Below are positions 36,690-59,300 of a stretch of 64,000 nt of DNA, in pieces. Numbering within the stretch: the first letter of the stretch is position 1; every line of letters begins with the position of its first letter. Source of the DNA: Ostrea edulis (lineage: Eukaryota). The stretch lies in contig NC_079171.1 of the NCBI RefSeq assembly GCF_947568905.1, positions 31,062,001 through 31,126,000 on the forward strand. The letters run 5' to 3'. A model generated the notes under the pieces. It was not told where the DNA came from. It saw only the letters and a list, made by a program, of their open reading frames with translations, and made no database searches. The position numbers and the translations under genes were made by a program.

Positions 36690-36730
<41 letters not shown>
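36690..36730. repeat. (TA)n microsatellite
   Basis: Direct read. Confidence 0.95.
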
Positions 36731-36732
<2 letters not shown>

Positions 36733-37040
36733 AGATAGCATGACTACGTTGGCTAATGGTTGGACCGTTGGCCGATGGTTGGCGTTGGTTAAACAACGTT
36801 GGCCCAACATCGGACCAATGTCAACATATCACGTTCATACTCTGATGCCGTGGTTAGTCGGGAATACAACATTGGGCCAACGTTGTAATATTGTGACTAA
36901 TTAATTGCCGGAGTTTGTTGTCAACACAATGCTGGCCCAACATAGGGCCAATGTCATCTTATCACTTTCATACTCTGGTACAAGGACTAGTTGGGAATAC
37001 AACATTGGCCCAACATTGGGCCAACGTTGTAAGATCGTGA
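36731..37040. mobile_element. Left-end remnant of a third CACTA/EnSpm-like element
   Basis: CCAGATAGCA terminus directly after (TA)n, followed by many GTTGGCCCAAC/GTTGGGCCAAC palindromic subterminal repeats. Confidence 0.55.
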
Positions 37041-38489
37041 TGAAATTCGACTAAAAGATAGATTTTAATATTTATGACATACGCACACACAAATGCACAT
37101 GACTCGCATATTTTGAAGAAGAGGATGCTGAGTTAATTTAAACAAGATTAGTGTAGAATGTATAATTGATTTGAAATATTTATAATTTTTATAAAATATA
37201 TACACACATAATTGATTTTTTTTTTTTTTTAGAAAACATTTTTAAAAAAATTATATACATTCATGCAAATATCGTTAATGCAGGGATACAAATATTAACC
37301 TTGCATATGAAAAGAATGAACTCAAAAGAGAAAGCTTTAACACATTGCAAAGATTACATAACTGCAATAAAGTGTTGGATTTAGGAAGCAGATTCTAAGA
37401 TAAGAGCACATTTACTGACCAAGCAATTAGGACGGAGTTTTTCACAGCTTGAGACTGGCCAGTTTCTATGGTAATTTTGATATCTGATATGTTGGGATGG
37501 TCAACCCTGCATTTTTTCTTTACGCGTCCAGCATTCTTATCTCGGAATTTTACTGAAGAATAACGTGATACAAGACAACTGAAAAGGAAAATTTATTCTG
37601 GGGAATCGTTTTTATTGTGAATTCAAATTAAAGTAATACGTCCCGGTGAAATATATATAATGCCCCTTTAAGCTATCAGGGGGCATAACTAGGACTATTT
37701 CAATGTGTAGGCCCGAAAGATGAAATTGAAGGTTTCACCGAGGCGCGAAGTGCCGAGAGGATATAAGTGCGGGAGGGGGGAGGGTCAGGGGGTCACCCCT
37801 GAGAAAATTTTGAAATATTAAGACTCGTTTGTATAGAGCATCAAAATGATTGCTATAGATATTAAACTTTGTACAACGAGTCATTGTGCTCACCAAAGTT
37901 TTGAAAAAATATATAACCATTATGTAGAATACATTATAAAAAGAAAAGGTCCGACGGAATGATAATTTCACATCCGATTTTAGAAATATAAATGAACATC
38001 TTATTTTTTTGCTAATATTTATGGATATAAATGTGTTTTGAAAATGAAAACCAAAAAAATGTGCCAACTCGAGCCTAACGAAGCTAACTTATCTAAACAA
38101 TAAAATGCTTTATTTGCATAAAAAGATATTTCTGATTTATATTGTTATTAGAATTATTTTTATCAGATAATGCGAGTATGGAGATTGCCTTAATATGAAA
38201 TGTTTCATTTTACAATTTCTGTGTTTTCTTGGATATATTTTAGAATATTCAATCTTTTTTGCGGCTGCATGATTTGATGCTAACTGACTAGCTAGTAGCT
38301 ACCCCCCACCCCCACCCCCACCCCCTTCCCCTTCCCCCTTTCCGATGTCTCTAAATCCGCAGGAAAATCATGATAAGATCGGCCGACAATATAGTTTAAA
38401 ATCAAGCATTTACAATCTTAAGAATTATCAGTTTAATAGCTTTGAAATTCATCATTTTATTGAAAGAGTTGTAATTGTTTTGAAAACAG

Positions 38490-38769
38490 TGATTTCCGGA
38501 TGCGCTAAAGTGACGTATATAAATGCGCAGATGAAAACAAGGGGCGTCTATTCCGCCATATTGAATTACTAAGCGAATAGAGGGGGATATTACAGCTTCA
38601 ATCCGACTGTTATCCGAGGAATCCTCTGCTGGGATCTGCAATTTCTGAAATCTATGAGCAGACTGAGGAAATATTAAGTGTGTTGTCGTGTGATTTTACC
38701 AGACAATTGTTGGTAATATTGTAATTAACTTGTTGAGTCGAGTCTTCCGTTGTTTCCGGAAGTCGTAAA
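38490..38769 (+). promoter_or_regulatory. Rab11 promoter/5'UTR region with housekeeping-type motifs
   Basis: CpG-rich stretch with YY1-like CCGCCATATT (~38554), ETS-like CCGGAAGT (38756-38763) and TTTCCGGATG (~38493), plus a TGACGT half-site. Confidence 0.45.
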
Positions 38770-49324
<10,555 letters not shown>

Positions 49325-51769
49325 GGGCCCACCACCAGCTAAAGAAAATATTGTAGACCAGCAAGAGGAGACAACTCACTTCAGCATCAAATATTGTCAA
49401 CAACGCCCAGAATGAAATATTATTACATATCATGTACCACTGCTCTGTAGGGTTTCCACTGTGGAGGCAGAATTAAGAATGGTGTTGTGCTTTGAGCACC
49501 CTGTATCTGTTTTGACTTTGTTTACCAAACTTTTAACATTACGGTTTGTATATATATGCCCCTCCAATATGTCTATAATCAGAAGAAGGCACAGGCTAAT
49601 ATGTTTCTTTTTTCTTGCTATGTAATATGTGATCGTTCCTTATTATGCTTTAAATTATGTGCATGCATGTAATTTTGATGATTAGAAATGATTGATCCAA
49701 GTTTATGTAGTTGCATACAGTGGTGAAATGGATTTAATCGTGAGTTTGATTTTTCAGTTGTTTTTTTTTGTAACGGAAACCACTCGTATGTGTTGACTTT
49801 CCATGTATTCACGAAAAGTTTACCTTTATACAAAACAAGGCCAGTGGTTATTTTTAGTAAGGAATGTATCGCTTTGCGTAAAGTCTGCCAATGAAATTGG
49901 TGGAAATTGAATATTTCTCTGGAAATATTGCCAGCATCACAGCGTAGAGAAAGCTGCCATACAGTGTATTTGTTGGTTAACCTGTATGTTTTTGTTGACT
50001 TATTTACAGTTAAGAAGGGATAGTGCAAACTGATGATGTTTGTTGGATTGGAATCAGTCTGTGACCACACACTTTAGAAGTTTAGAACCAGGGAAAAAAC
50101 TTTTCATCTTGTGTCGAAATGCTCATCTGTCTTAAAACTCAGTAATATTCGTGTGTATATTTACACTCGTGTTTTGCATTGTAAGTTAAAATTTTCCATG
50201 TTTGGTGTAATTTCTATTTATAAAGAAAATGTATGCAAGGATAGTTAACAATGTAAGAGTTACTTCCCTTTTTGAGGAATTGCCAATCAGAAAGCTGTAC
50301 GGTCAAAGACTGTTTCCAATGAAATGTTATAACTTGTACATACCTGTAATTGTGTATAGATTTTTTGAGTGGACCTGTATATGGTATGTTCACAATGCTG
50401 ATGCTGAATTGAGGCTTGTTCCCTCGTTTTTCTTTGAACATTAATTACACAAGACATCAAGAAGAAGCTTTATCCTGTCCGTCTCTTATAGATATATAAA
50501 AGGTGGACAGTTTATTTAGCATTGTCTGTCAGGGGTTAGAGCAACACTATAACATTTTGAAATCGGGGAAAGTTTTTCTTTTTCCTTTTTGCTGTTGTCG
50601 ATACTTGAAGAATTTTGTTAATGATTTTAGTTCGTCGATCAAGTAGAGTGAGAACAAAATCTGAAATTGGTGCAACATAGTACTGGTATTTAAAGTTTCT
50701 GAGACCAGGAGATGTGGGAAAAAATCTGGCTTGGTCAACAGAATTTCATATAATTAAACTCTAGGAAAATTTTCGTCATAGCTCTGAAATGATTCACTAG
50801 AAGTTGTTGCACATTTTATATTTTAGCTGGAAAATGTTGATAGAAATGTTATGTCAAGCAAACGGAACCTGTAGTTCATCAAACAGCAAGAAGGAAGGGA
50901 AAACCCCTCCGAAGGTGTTATTAAATATTAGAGGGATCATTGAGTACATGAATCAACGGTGGCTTCAACAAAAGTGCTATTTCCCGATACTGGTGTTGAG
51001 GCCGTATTTATTTTTCTGTTTTATAAATACGTATATATACACGCTGTGGTATAACGAACAAGATATATCAGTTGTTACGTCCTGATGCGACGAGGAGTTT
51101 TGTCTACTGTGGTATTTTTCTTACTATTAATTTAAAAAGTGTGTCCAAGAGACAAGGCTTTTGAACAGAGATTAACAGAAAGTTCTGTTGACTTTTGAGG
51201 GATTGGTCAATGGTAGAAGATTGCTGTAAATTATATAAATAGAAAGTTGAGGGGGGGGGGGGTGTTCGATGATGGTGGATGATCTTAGTTCATTAAATTT
51301 AAATCTGACACACTTTGAAAATGAAATGTAATGAAATACAAGTGATGAAATAAATATATATATAACAATTCTTGATATAAATGTATTTTTAAAAATGTAC
51401 CGACTTATCAAACCTAAGTTAGATTTTTAAACTCATTCCAGTTATTTTGTCATATGAATCTTTCTTTGTCAAGAATTCTACCGCATGCCTTGTGTATTGT
51501 GGCATTTTGAGAGTGTCTGTATGGGGATCACTTGGCTGAAGAATTTATTACATGTGTGACACGAATGCGAGAGGATTATTCAAACATTGAAATAAACATG
51601 TAAAATATGATATGTAAGTGTTGTTATATTGTGTTAAAGTTTTGTTATATTGTCCCTGGGGGGGGGGGGGGGGGGGGTGCTCTGGGGTGGGATTTATGAT
51701 ATGATTGTTCTTTTATTGCTGCCGGTGAACATACTCAACAAGTTATGGAGTCTAATTTTTGCTCACTGT

Positions 51770-52100
51770 AAGGTAAGAATGTCGATGACTTGGTTTGCCT
51801 GTTACGTGTACATTTGTAGATGAGAATGTCAATGACTTGGTTTGCCCACAGGAGCTAAGCCCGTTTTGGGCCCGTACTCTATATTTATGGTATCGCAGAG
51901 TTCGGGCCCAAAACGGGCTTAGCCCGTGTGGGTTTGCCTGTTGCGTGTACATTTGTGGGTGAGAATGTTGGTGACTTGGTTTGCCTATTGCGTGTACACA
52001 TGTAGGTGAGAATGTCGGTGACTTGGTTTGCGTGTACATTTGTAGGTGAGAATGTCGATGACTTGGTTTGCTTGTAACTAATGTTAGATGAGAATATTGA
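51770..52100. repeat. ~47-bp minisatellite (about 5 units)
   Basis: GTTTGCCTGTTGCGTGTACATTTGTAGGTGAGAATGTCGATGACTTG repeated; one unit is interrupted by a mini-MITE. Confidence 0.8.
51847..51930. mobile_element. 84-bp hairpin mini-MITE with 8-bp TSD
   Basis: GGTTTGCC|CACAGGAGCTAAGCCCGTTTTGGGCCCG...CGGGCCCAAAACGGGCTTAGCCCGTGTG|GGTTTGCC. Confidence 0.8.
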
Positions 52101-53304
52101 TGGCTTGGTTTATCGGTAGATGAGTTTTCGATGTGTATAATGAAATGTAATACATGTACAGTGTATATCGTTTAGTGAATGAAATGTGTACAGGAACTAG
52201 AAAACGGACGCGGATCTGATACAGGTGTTGCGAAGGAGTGGCTGTTGAGTCAGGACAAACGCAAGATCAGTATGAATTTGTCCTAAAAAATGTCTATATT
52301 GGTAGTCACTTTAGCTAGCCTGTGCTGCAAAAAGGCGGGTGAGTTTTAAGCTCACATGAGCTGCGGGTTTTTTTCCCCATAAAACTTGGCTGACTTGTAT
52401 GTCAGTTGTTGCACTTTACTGGTTTTCAGTGAAACTTTTGATTTCAAGGGACATGCCTCGTTCCAAGGGGAGTTAAGTCAAAAATAGCAAGTAAAGAGAA
52501 GAATAAGGTGTTCGAAAAGTCTCAAAAGTACTGAACCAGGAAAACCGAGCCTTGTATGAAATCTTCCTTGTATGTTTAACCATAAGTTCTTGGATTTAGA
52601 ATTGGGGATTTAGTTCTACATAAGAAAATTTTTATATGATCTTGTCAAGAACCCTCGAGATGCACTGTTGATCTGATACGCAAGGAGCATAACTCATGTA
52701 ATGTTCAGTGCAAGTTGTTAACGCCACCCCTCTCGGCTCTTCCCTTTGAATAGGGTGGGAACACAAAAGAGGTTAAGAAGTTTGTATTGAACTGCATACA
52801 GGGATTTTTAAAATAATGTTTCTTTAACAACAGGGCTACAATATGCCAAATTGGTATTTAAACACCACGTATATTAAAATTGGTATACACAATGATTTCC
52901 ATGATGAAAGCAAAATATTATACAGTCGACTTTAAAAACCTTCAAGAGCCATGAAAAGGCACAACAACTGCCCATTCAGTGTGAATTCAAATGTGCATAT
53001 GCCATGACCTCCAAGCCTATGGTGGAGACGAAGGGTTTATATTACAAAGGAACAAACATGGAATCTTCGAAAACCACTATAGGTTACAATATGCTAAGCT
53101 TTCATTGAGCGCCCTTATGTAGTATAGATGCACCATGCCTCTCGGGGGGTTTCTAGGGGCCATAAGAAGTTTGACATGAGAATCGTCTTTTGAAAAGGAC
53201 TTGTCAAATCAATATACAAGTATCCTCATATAGTGCAGATTCAAATTCTTCCACACCACAGTGCCTTGCTTCAACAACAATACAATGAACATTTTACATA
53301 AAAA

Positions 53305-53555
53305 GGATACAGTGTTTGTTCATCTGAGAATTTCTTGCTCGTATAGGAACGTTGCCAGCTCTAACTGAAGTCTCGCAGATACTGACCTCGCTATACCTGG
53401 TGCTTAAACCCCCGTGTCAGTGAGGGCATCGTGTCAACGCCCACCGTCTGTTTATCAGGTCATAGCCGACTTTTTCTGGAACATTCACTCCCTGTGCGCA
53501 TTGTCTTGGGTTAGACGTGGCGCCGGGGTTGGGAATCGAACCCAGGGTCCCCCCG
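53305..53555 (-). mobile_element. Degenerate tRNA-derived SINE
   Basis: rc B box GGGTTCGATTCCC near 53540; tail resembles the family's GAGAAATTCTC..ATGAACAAAC end. Confidence 0.5.
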
Positions 53556-54657
53556 GTCGTGGCTGCAATAATGTCATCTCAGATTGGAAGGGGGGGGGGG
53601 GGGTAAACAAAATCGGAGAGAGAGAGCCCTACATTATTGCAGCTATCCCGGTCGCAAAGCGTCCTAAATCAATAGGATAAGAATATAAAGAGAAAATATC
53701 CAACAATCAAAGGCACACATAAGTGGCGGATTTAGAGGTGGCCTAGAACCCCCCCTTCACCACAATAACGTGTGTAAAACCGTGGATCCGCCACTGTATA
53801 TTGTCATATTAATGTGTAAACATACAGTAACGTAGATTTCAGTTTGTTAATTACTCTGTAATAGCCCTGAATTGAATGTTTTGCACTGTAAGATATACCA
53901 TTGTTAAGGTGAGCAATGTGGCCCACGGGCCTATAGGTTTTCTCTCAGATAAGTTAAACAATGTACATGGGCGGTCCCTAGTGTCTAAGACAATGTTAAT
54001 CGTCCTTCCTCCTCCTCCTCTTCCTCCTCCTCCTCCTCCTCCAAACACAGTCCTGAGTTCGGAATTTTATTAATAAATTCACTCGATTGACCAAGCCATG
54101 GTCTATATAAGCAAGTGCATATATAGCTCATGGCTTGCATGGTCAATCGAGTGAATTTTATTGACTTTATTGGTAAAATTTCGAACTCCCGTGCGCCAAC
54201 ACTTACATCATTGCCAGCGGTGTTCCATAATTTTTATCTGTAATTAAAAGGTCCGTGTTCTATTCATAGACAGGACGTAGCTCTGACTCACGGTTTGTTT
54301 GTAAACATTACACATACCTGCCAGACTGGCGAGTACAACGCTGTACATCATGGTTTTAAATATATAGCTTGTTTTCATTGGTGCATATGTATCTTGCTTG
54401 TTAACGTGACTCAGATATATGCACACGTACATTATATATATATTTGAATTCAATAAAAATATATTTAAACGTTCAAATATTTTTCGAGAGAAGTTATAAG
54501 TACTTTGTATTTTCGTTGTGCAGTATTTCCAGTGTTTGTGACGGTGTAGCCTTTAGGTGTTGAGATTGTAGTACTTATGGTGTACTAATATAGATCACTT
54601 ACTGACTGTGTAATACGGGTTTTATAATCAAAATAACGACTAAAATTGAACGTAAGG

Positions 54658-55829
54658 ATGAAAACGTCCAAGTGTACCCAAAGGTCCTGCGAACATTGCC
54701 GGAACCGGTCAGATCCCCCGAGTTATTCCGAGGACGAATACGATTACTTGGCGAAAGGTTTGTGCACAAATATACTGTATAACTCTACACAAATCGTATC
54801 TAGGCGAATTCATAATATATCCATATCAAACATGTTTAGGGAAATTTGACAACCAACTCGTAATTGGTAATTTACAAGTATGAAAAAATATGATGTCAGG
54901 TTGTTGTTGTTTTTTTCATTATGACATTTAAGAGAGATAGACAAAACAACATTGTTGGATAAGATACTTAAGGGTCTTTTTTGCTAGGAACGGCTCAATT
55001 CATTAAGTTTGATTACCATTACAATTAAGTGATTGATTTTCGACAAAGATAATATATTCATACAATTAATTACACATTGTATGAGATTTGTGCAGAGGAA
55101 ATCTCGAACCGACAAAACTGATATTTAAAAAAAAAAAACAAAAACAAAAAACGGAAGAGGAATTAAGGGAGAAGTGAGCGCACCTGTGTGCCCCCTCCCC
55201 TACTTTTAGATTCCGAAAAAAGGAACTACGTATGTAGGTTATTAATCCCGACTTTCTTATTCAAATGTAATGGAAATCCTGTTTTTCGATGCTATACATT
55301 TTATAATTGTTCAGTGTAATGGTTAAAATTATCCGATGTAATTCCTACTTATTTTATATTACAGTTGTTCTGATTGGTATATACGTATAATGTCCATCAT
55401 TTTCTGTTACAGTTGTTCTGATTGGTATATAGGTATAATGCTTATCATTTTCTGTTACAGTTGTTCTGATTGGTATATAGGTATAATGCTTATCATTTTC
55501 TGTTACAGTTGTTCTGATTGGTATATAGGTATAATGCCTATCGTTTTCTGTTACAGTTCTGATTGGTATTTAGGTATAATGCCTATTATTTTCTGTTACA
55601 GTTGTTCTGATTGGTATTTAGGTATATAATGCTTATCATTTTCTGTTACAGTTGTTCTGATTGGTGATAGTGGTGTGGGTAAAAGTAACCTCCTGTCCAG
55701 ATTCACCAGAAATCAGTTTAGTCTGGAGAGCAAAAGCACGATAGGGGTGGAGTTTGCCACCAGGTATACTTACGTTGACGTCACGAGTAATAGTTGTAAA
55801 TTTATATGTAGACCTACATTATTCAGTCT

Positions 55830-55879
<50 letters not shown>

Positions 55880-58800
55880 GAGAGAGAGAGATTTATAAGG
55901 TTTAGTGTGATTTAAAAAAAACAACTTCGTTATTCAATAAAACAAATTCATATTGTACGACTCTATATTAAAAAAAAAGTGATAGGTACCATGTATTTAT
56001 CCCCACAACCAAGACGTCAGTATTAGCAAATAAGATTATCCACACTTATATTACACTCTGCACACGGTACTGTAGTGATCGTCATTGTGATAACTGATAT
56101 TGATTACGTCATTTCCGTTTTCAGGAGTGTGCACGTGGACGGTAAGACGCTGAAGGCTCAGATATGGGACACTGCGGGACAGGATCGATACAGAGCCATT
56201 ACTAACGCGTAAGTACTACACTACGCAGTGGCGGATCCAGTGGGAAAGGGGGTTCAGGGTCCCCCCCCCTTTTTTTGGGGGGGGGGGTCAGAAAATTTTG
56301 CTTTAAAAAAAGATAAAATAACGTATTTTGAGGGTGGAACCACCACCCCCTCTCTTGAAAACCAAAATTATTGGTAGAACCCCCCCCCCACTTTTTTTAA
56401 ATGCCTGGATCTGCCCCTGCTACGACATAGATCGATATAATTAAGCGGACGTTTATGGTCATATATCAATGGCATTTTGTCTTCTCAATTTTTTTTTTCA
56501 TCTCCTCGATATAAAGATTTTTTGCATGATTTCCGACATAAATTAAAAATCTATATTATGGTAATACAAACATACTTTGTATATCGACCTGGTTAGCTCA
56601 GTAGTTGGATCATCTAACTAGTAATGCAAAGGACCGGGTTCGATCTCCAATGTAATGCATAAAAGCTGCCAGTCCATTCTTGCCAATTCACCCGATTTTG
56701 TCGGGATACACCCTATTTCCGACCCGTGACCCGATTAATTTATGACAAAGCGGGTCATACCTTTTACCCGATTTTCGCCAAACCCGAAAATCTCCCGATT
56801 TTGTAAATGAGTTTGCGCAATTCCAAAAGCCCGGCTGGATCTACGTAAACAATGCCGATTGCAGGTTTAGTTATCAAAACCGGTGTTAACGACTTTGACA
56901 AATGGAGCCGAGTTTGAAGTCATTATATTGTGTAAAATAGTTTTCACTAGGAAGAGATCCTGACGCGCAAACAAACAAAAAAGAACCCGATCTACGGTAC
57001 CTACCAACAAATCTGGGAAAACCACACGAGCACCCAATGTCTTCCGGATTATGGGGGGGAAAATAGAATAAAAAGGATAATCAAAACTATGAATCCTCCG
57101 TAAAATCTCCTTTGAAGTCGTTTTCACTTTGCTGATATCGCCACATGTACATGTATGTTTGAAAACCATCCTAAGGCCTACTAAGTTTAAAATCATCATT
57201 CAGTAATTATTGTAATTGTAATTAAAAGATTTATATAACGCCCTATCAACATTAGTTCTCTAAAGCGCTTTACAAATGTGAAAGAAAAGATAATATAAAA
57301 TCGATGTGCACATACATGTAAATAAAATATTCATAGTGTCAGAATTAAAATGCATAAATATTATTATTAATATATAGAGATATGATATGATTACCCTAAT
57401 AACATATGAAACAATTTAAAACAATCCTTAGGAATAATTAAATACATAAAAAGGACATAGGCATAATAACAAACAGCAGGGTTGTTTTTTGTTTTTTTTT
57501 GGTTGTTGTACGTTTAAAGCTATCGTGGACTCTTTTTCTATCTATTTGCTTTACGTCCCTTCGAGAATTTTTCACTCATCGCCAGCTGTAGGTGAAGTAC
57601 CCGACATTTAGACCTATGCTTAGCGCTCAGAGTCATAGCAGTGAGGGTTCTTTATCGTGCCAACGCCTGCCGCGACACGGGACCTCCATTTTTAAGGTCA
57701 TATCCAAAAGACCCGTGATTCTCACTTCTAAATGCCGAGCGTTTGGTGAAGGAGCAATAATCACTACCTATATGTAGGTTTGACGCGATCATGGACCAAA
57801 TGGGACAGGAAATCACGACCTCCCGGTCACGAAGCGAACCCTAGCTAGATCGGTCGTGATAACCGTTTCTCAACTTGCATGCATACGTAATTATATAACT
57901 TTAGACTGAAAATTTTGATCTTTAAACAATATATGCTGCATGCGATTCTCAATGTTTAACGATAATTTAAAAAAAAAATGATTACACAAAGGTTGTATGT
58001 AATATTGCAGATACTACAGAAAAGCTGTGGGCGTGGTGATGGTCTATGACATCACTAAGCGCTTAACCTTCGACAACTTAGAAAAGTGGCTAAAGGAAGT
58101 GCGTGATTTCACTGATGACGACGTAATTCTAATTTTGGTGGGGAACAAAACAGATCTACGCCATTTACGTGCAGTGACGTCATCGGAGGCTCGGCTATAT
58201 GCTGGTAAGTTTCCTAAGAAAAAACTTAGCCGTCATATTTATAAAGGTACATGTCTAACGTGTTTCATACCGATTGTTAGGCCGTTCTTGACACACTGAT
58301 TCTGACTACGGATAACTCCGTTTACCTTATCAAGATATAGGGCTCACGGCGGTCACGGTCGACAGAGGATACTTACTCCTCCTAGGAACCTAACCCCACT
58401 TCTGATGTATCCAGGGGTCCGTGTTTGCCAAACGCTTTATTTTGTATTCCTAATTGAAGTTCTGCGATTGATCACCGTTCGTTATCTTCACCTTTCATAT
58501 GATTTCAAAATATGCCTAAAACTTATGAAGACAGAAATATATTTCTGAAAGGTGAAGAAAACGAATTGCTCAATCCCACAATTCTTATAAGGAATGCAAA
58601 GTAATAATGATAATAATAAGTAATAATACCATATTTATATAGCACCCTTTTCATACACTATATACCCTCAAAGGTGCTTTACAATGCAAAGTAAAGAGTT
58701 GGGCAAAATTTTCTTCTAATGCACATAAAATACATTACTAAACTTGTGTCATTTCAGAGAAGAACAAGATGTCGTTTATTGAAACCTCAGCCTTAGACTG

Positions 58801-59116
58801 CTGCAACGTAGAGACAGCGTTTCAGACCGTTCTAACAGGTAATTCTGGAATTTCTATTCTAACAAATAATAAGTTTCCATCCTTATTTTACATTTATTTG
58901 TTTTCAACACCCTCTTCAATTTCTAATTTAGAGTTGTTTTTACTTCGTGAAAAGTGCATTATTATTCTTTCTCCAGAAATATACTCCTTGGTGTCACAGA
59001 AAGATCTCAGAGACAATTCGGGAGGTTTCAATCTTATTGACGATATCCAGACATTTGAAGTCACACAAAATGGAAAGGAAGAAGAAGGGAAAAAGAAGTG
59101 TTGTGTTATTATGTGA
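54658..59116 (+). CDS. Divergent Rab11-family GTPase (tandem paralog), 236 aa, 6 coding exons
   Basis: Exons 54658-54757, 55652-55763, 56125-56208, 58011-58204, 58758-58838, 58977-59116 (711 nt). Exons 2-6 have the same lengths as in Rab11 (112/84/194/81/140). [21 protein letters not shown] and ETSA are intact; ends KKKCCVIM*. In-frame stop at 54634-36 upstream of the ATG. Confidence 0.9.
55355..55663 (+). repeat. ~48-bp minisatellite built from the exon-2 splice acceptor of the Rab11-like gene
   Basis: TTTTCTGTTACAG|TTGTTCTGATTG|GTATATAGGTATAATGCTTATCA; AG ends at 55364, 55412, 55460, 55508, 55556, 55601 and the true acceptor at 55651. Confidence 0.9.
55832..55890. repeat. (GA)n microsatellite
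   Basis: Direct read. Confidence 0.95.
56226..56419. mobile_element. MITE of the CAG(G/T)GGCGGATC family with 5-bp TSD
   Basis: ctacg|CAGTGGCGGATCCAG ... CTGGATCTGCCCCTG|ctacg, 17 nt downstream of the exon-3 donor. Confidence 0.8.
57545..57855 (-). mobile_element. tRNA-derived SINE (same family as 6550-6885)
   Basis: Reverse-complement match across tail, core and head. Confidence 0.8.
58245..58499 (+). mobile_element. Longest retroposon tail copy (8110 family), in intron 4 of the Rab11-like gene
   Basis: GTTTCATACCGATTGTTAGGCCG...TACGGATAACTCCGTTTACC...GATCACCGTTCGTTATCTTCACCTTTCAT. Confidence 0.75.
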
Positions 59117-59124
59117 TTCTTTTG

Positions 59125-59300
59125 TATCAACGTCATCATCACCGTCGGCAGTCATCATCGTCATCTTCAACGTCATCATCATCTTCATTGTCATCTTCAT
59201 CATCATTATTACATTTGTATCATCACCGTCATCATCATTATTATTATTTCGTCATCATCATCGTCGTCATGATTTTCATCATGATCATTATCATCGATAG
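59125..59300. repeat. Degenerate (TCA/TCG)n low-complexity tract in the 3'UTR of the Rab11-like gene
   Basis: Direct read; it produces the spurious S-, I-, H- and M/D-rich ORFs in the track. Confidence 0.85.

Noticed and set aside
38402-38641. Divergent minus-strand gene sharing the Rab11 promoter (ORF MQIPAEDSS...; AATATGGCGG)
   Set aside because: The Kozak-like ATG is followed by a stop after three codons, the longer ORF has no ATG or motif, and I found no downstream exons. Better explained as a YY1-like site.
55355-55663. CRISPR-like or coding repeat (ORF 55390-55629 [13 protein letters not shown] repeats)
   Set aside because: No unique spacers, eukaryotic context; the unit is a duplicated splice acceptor.
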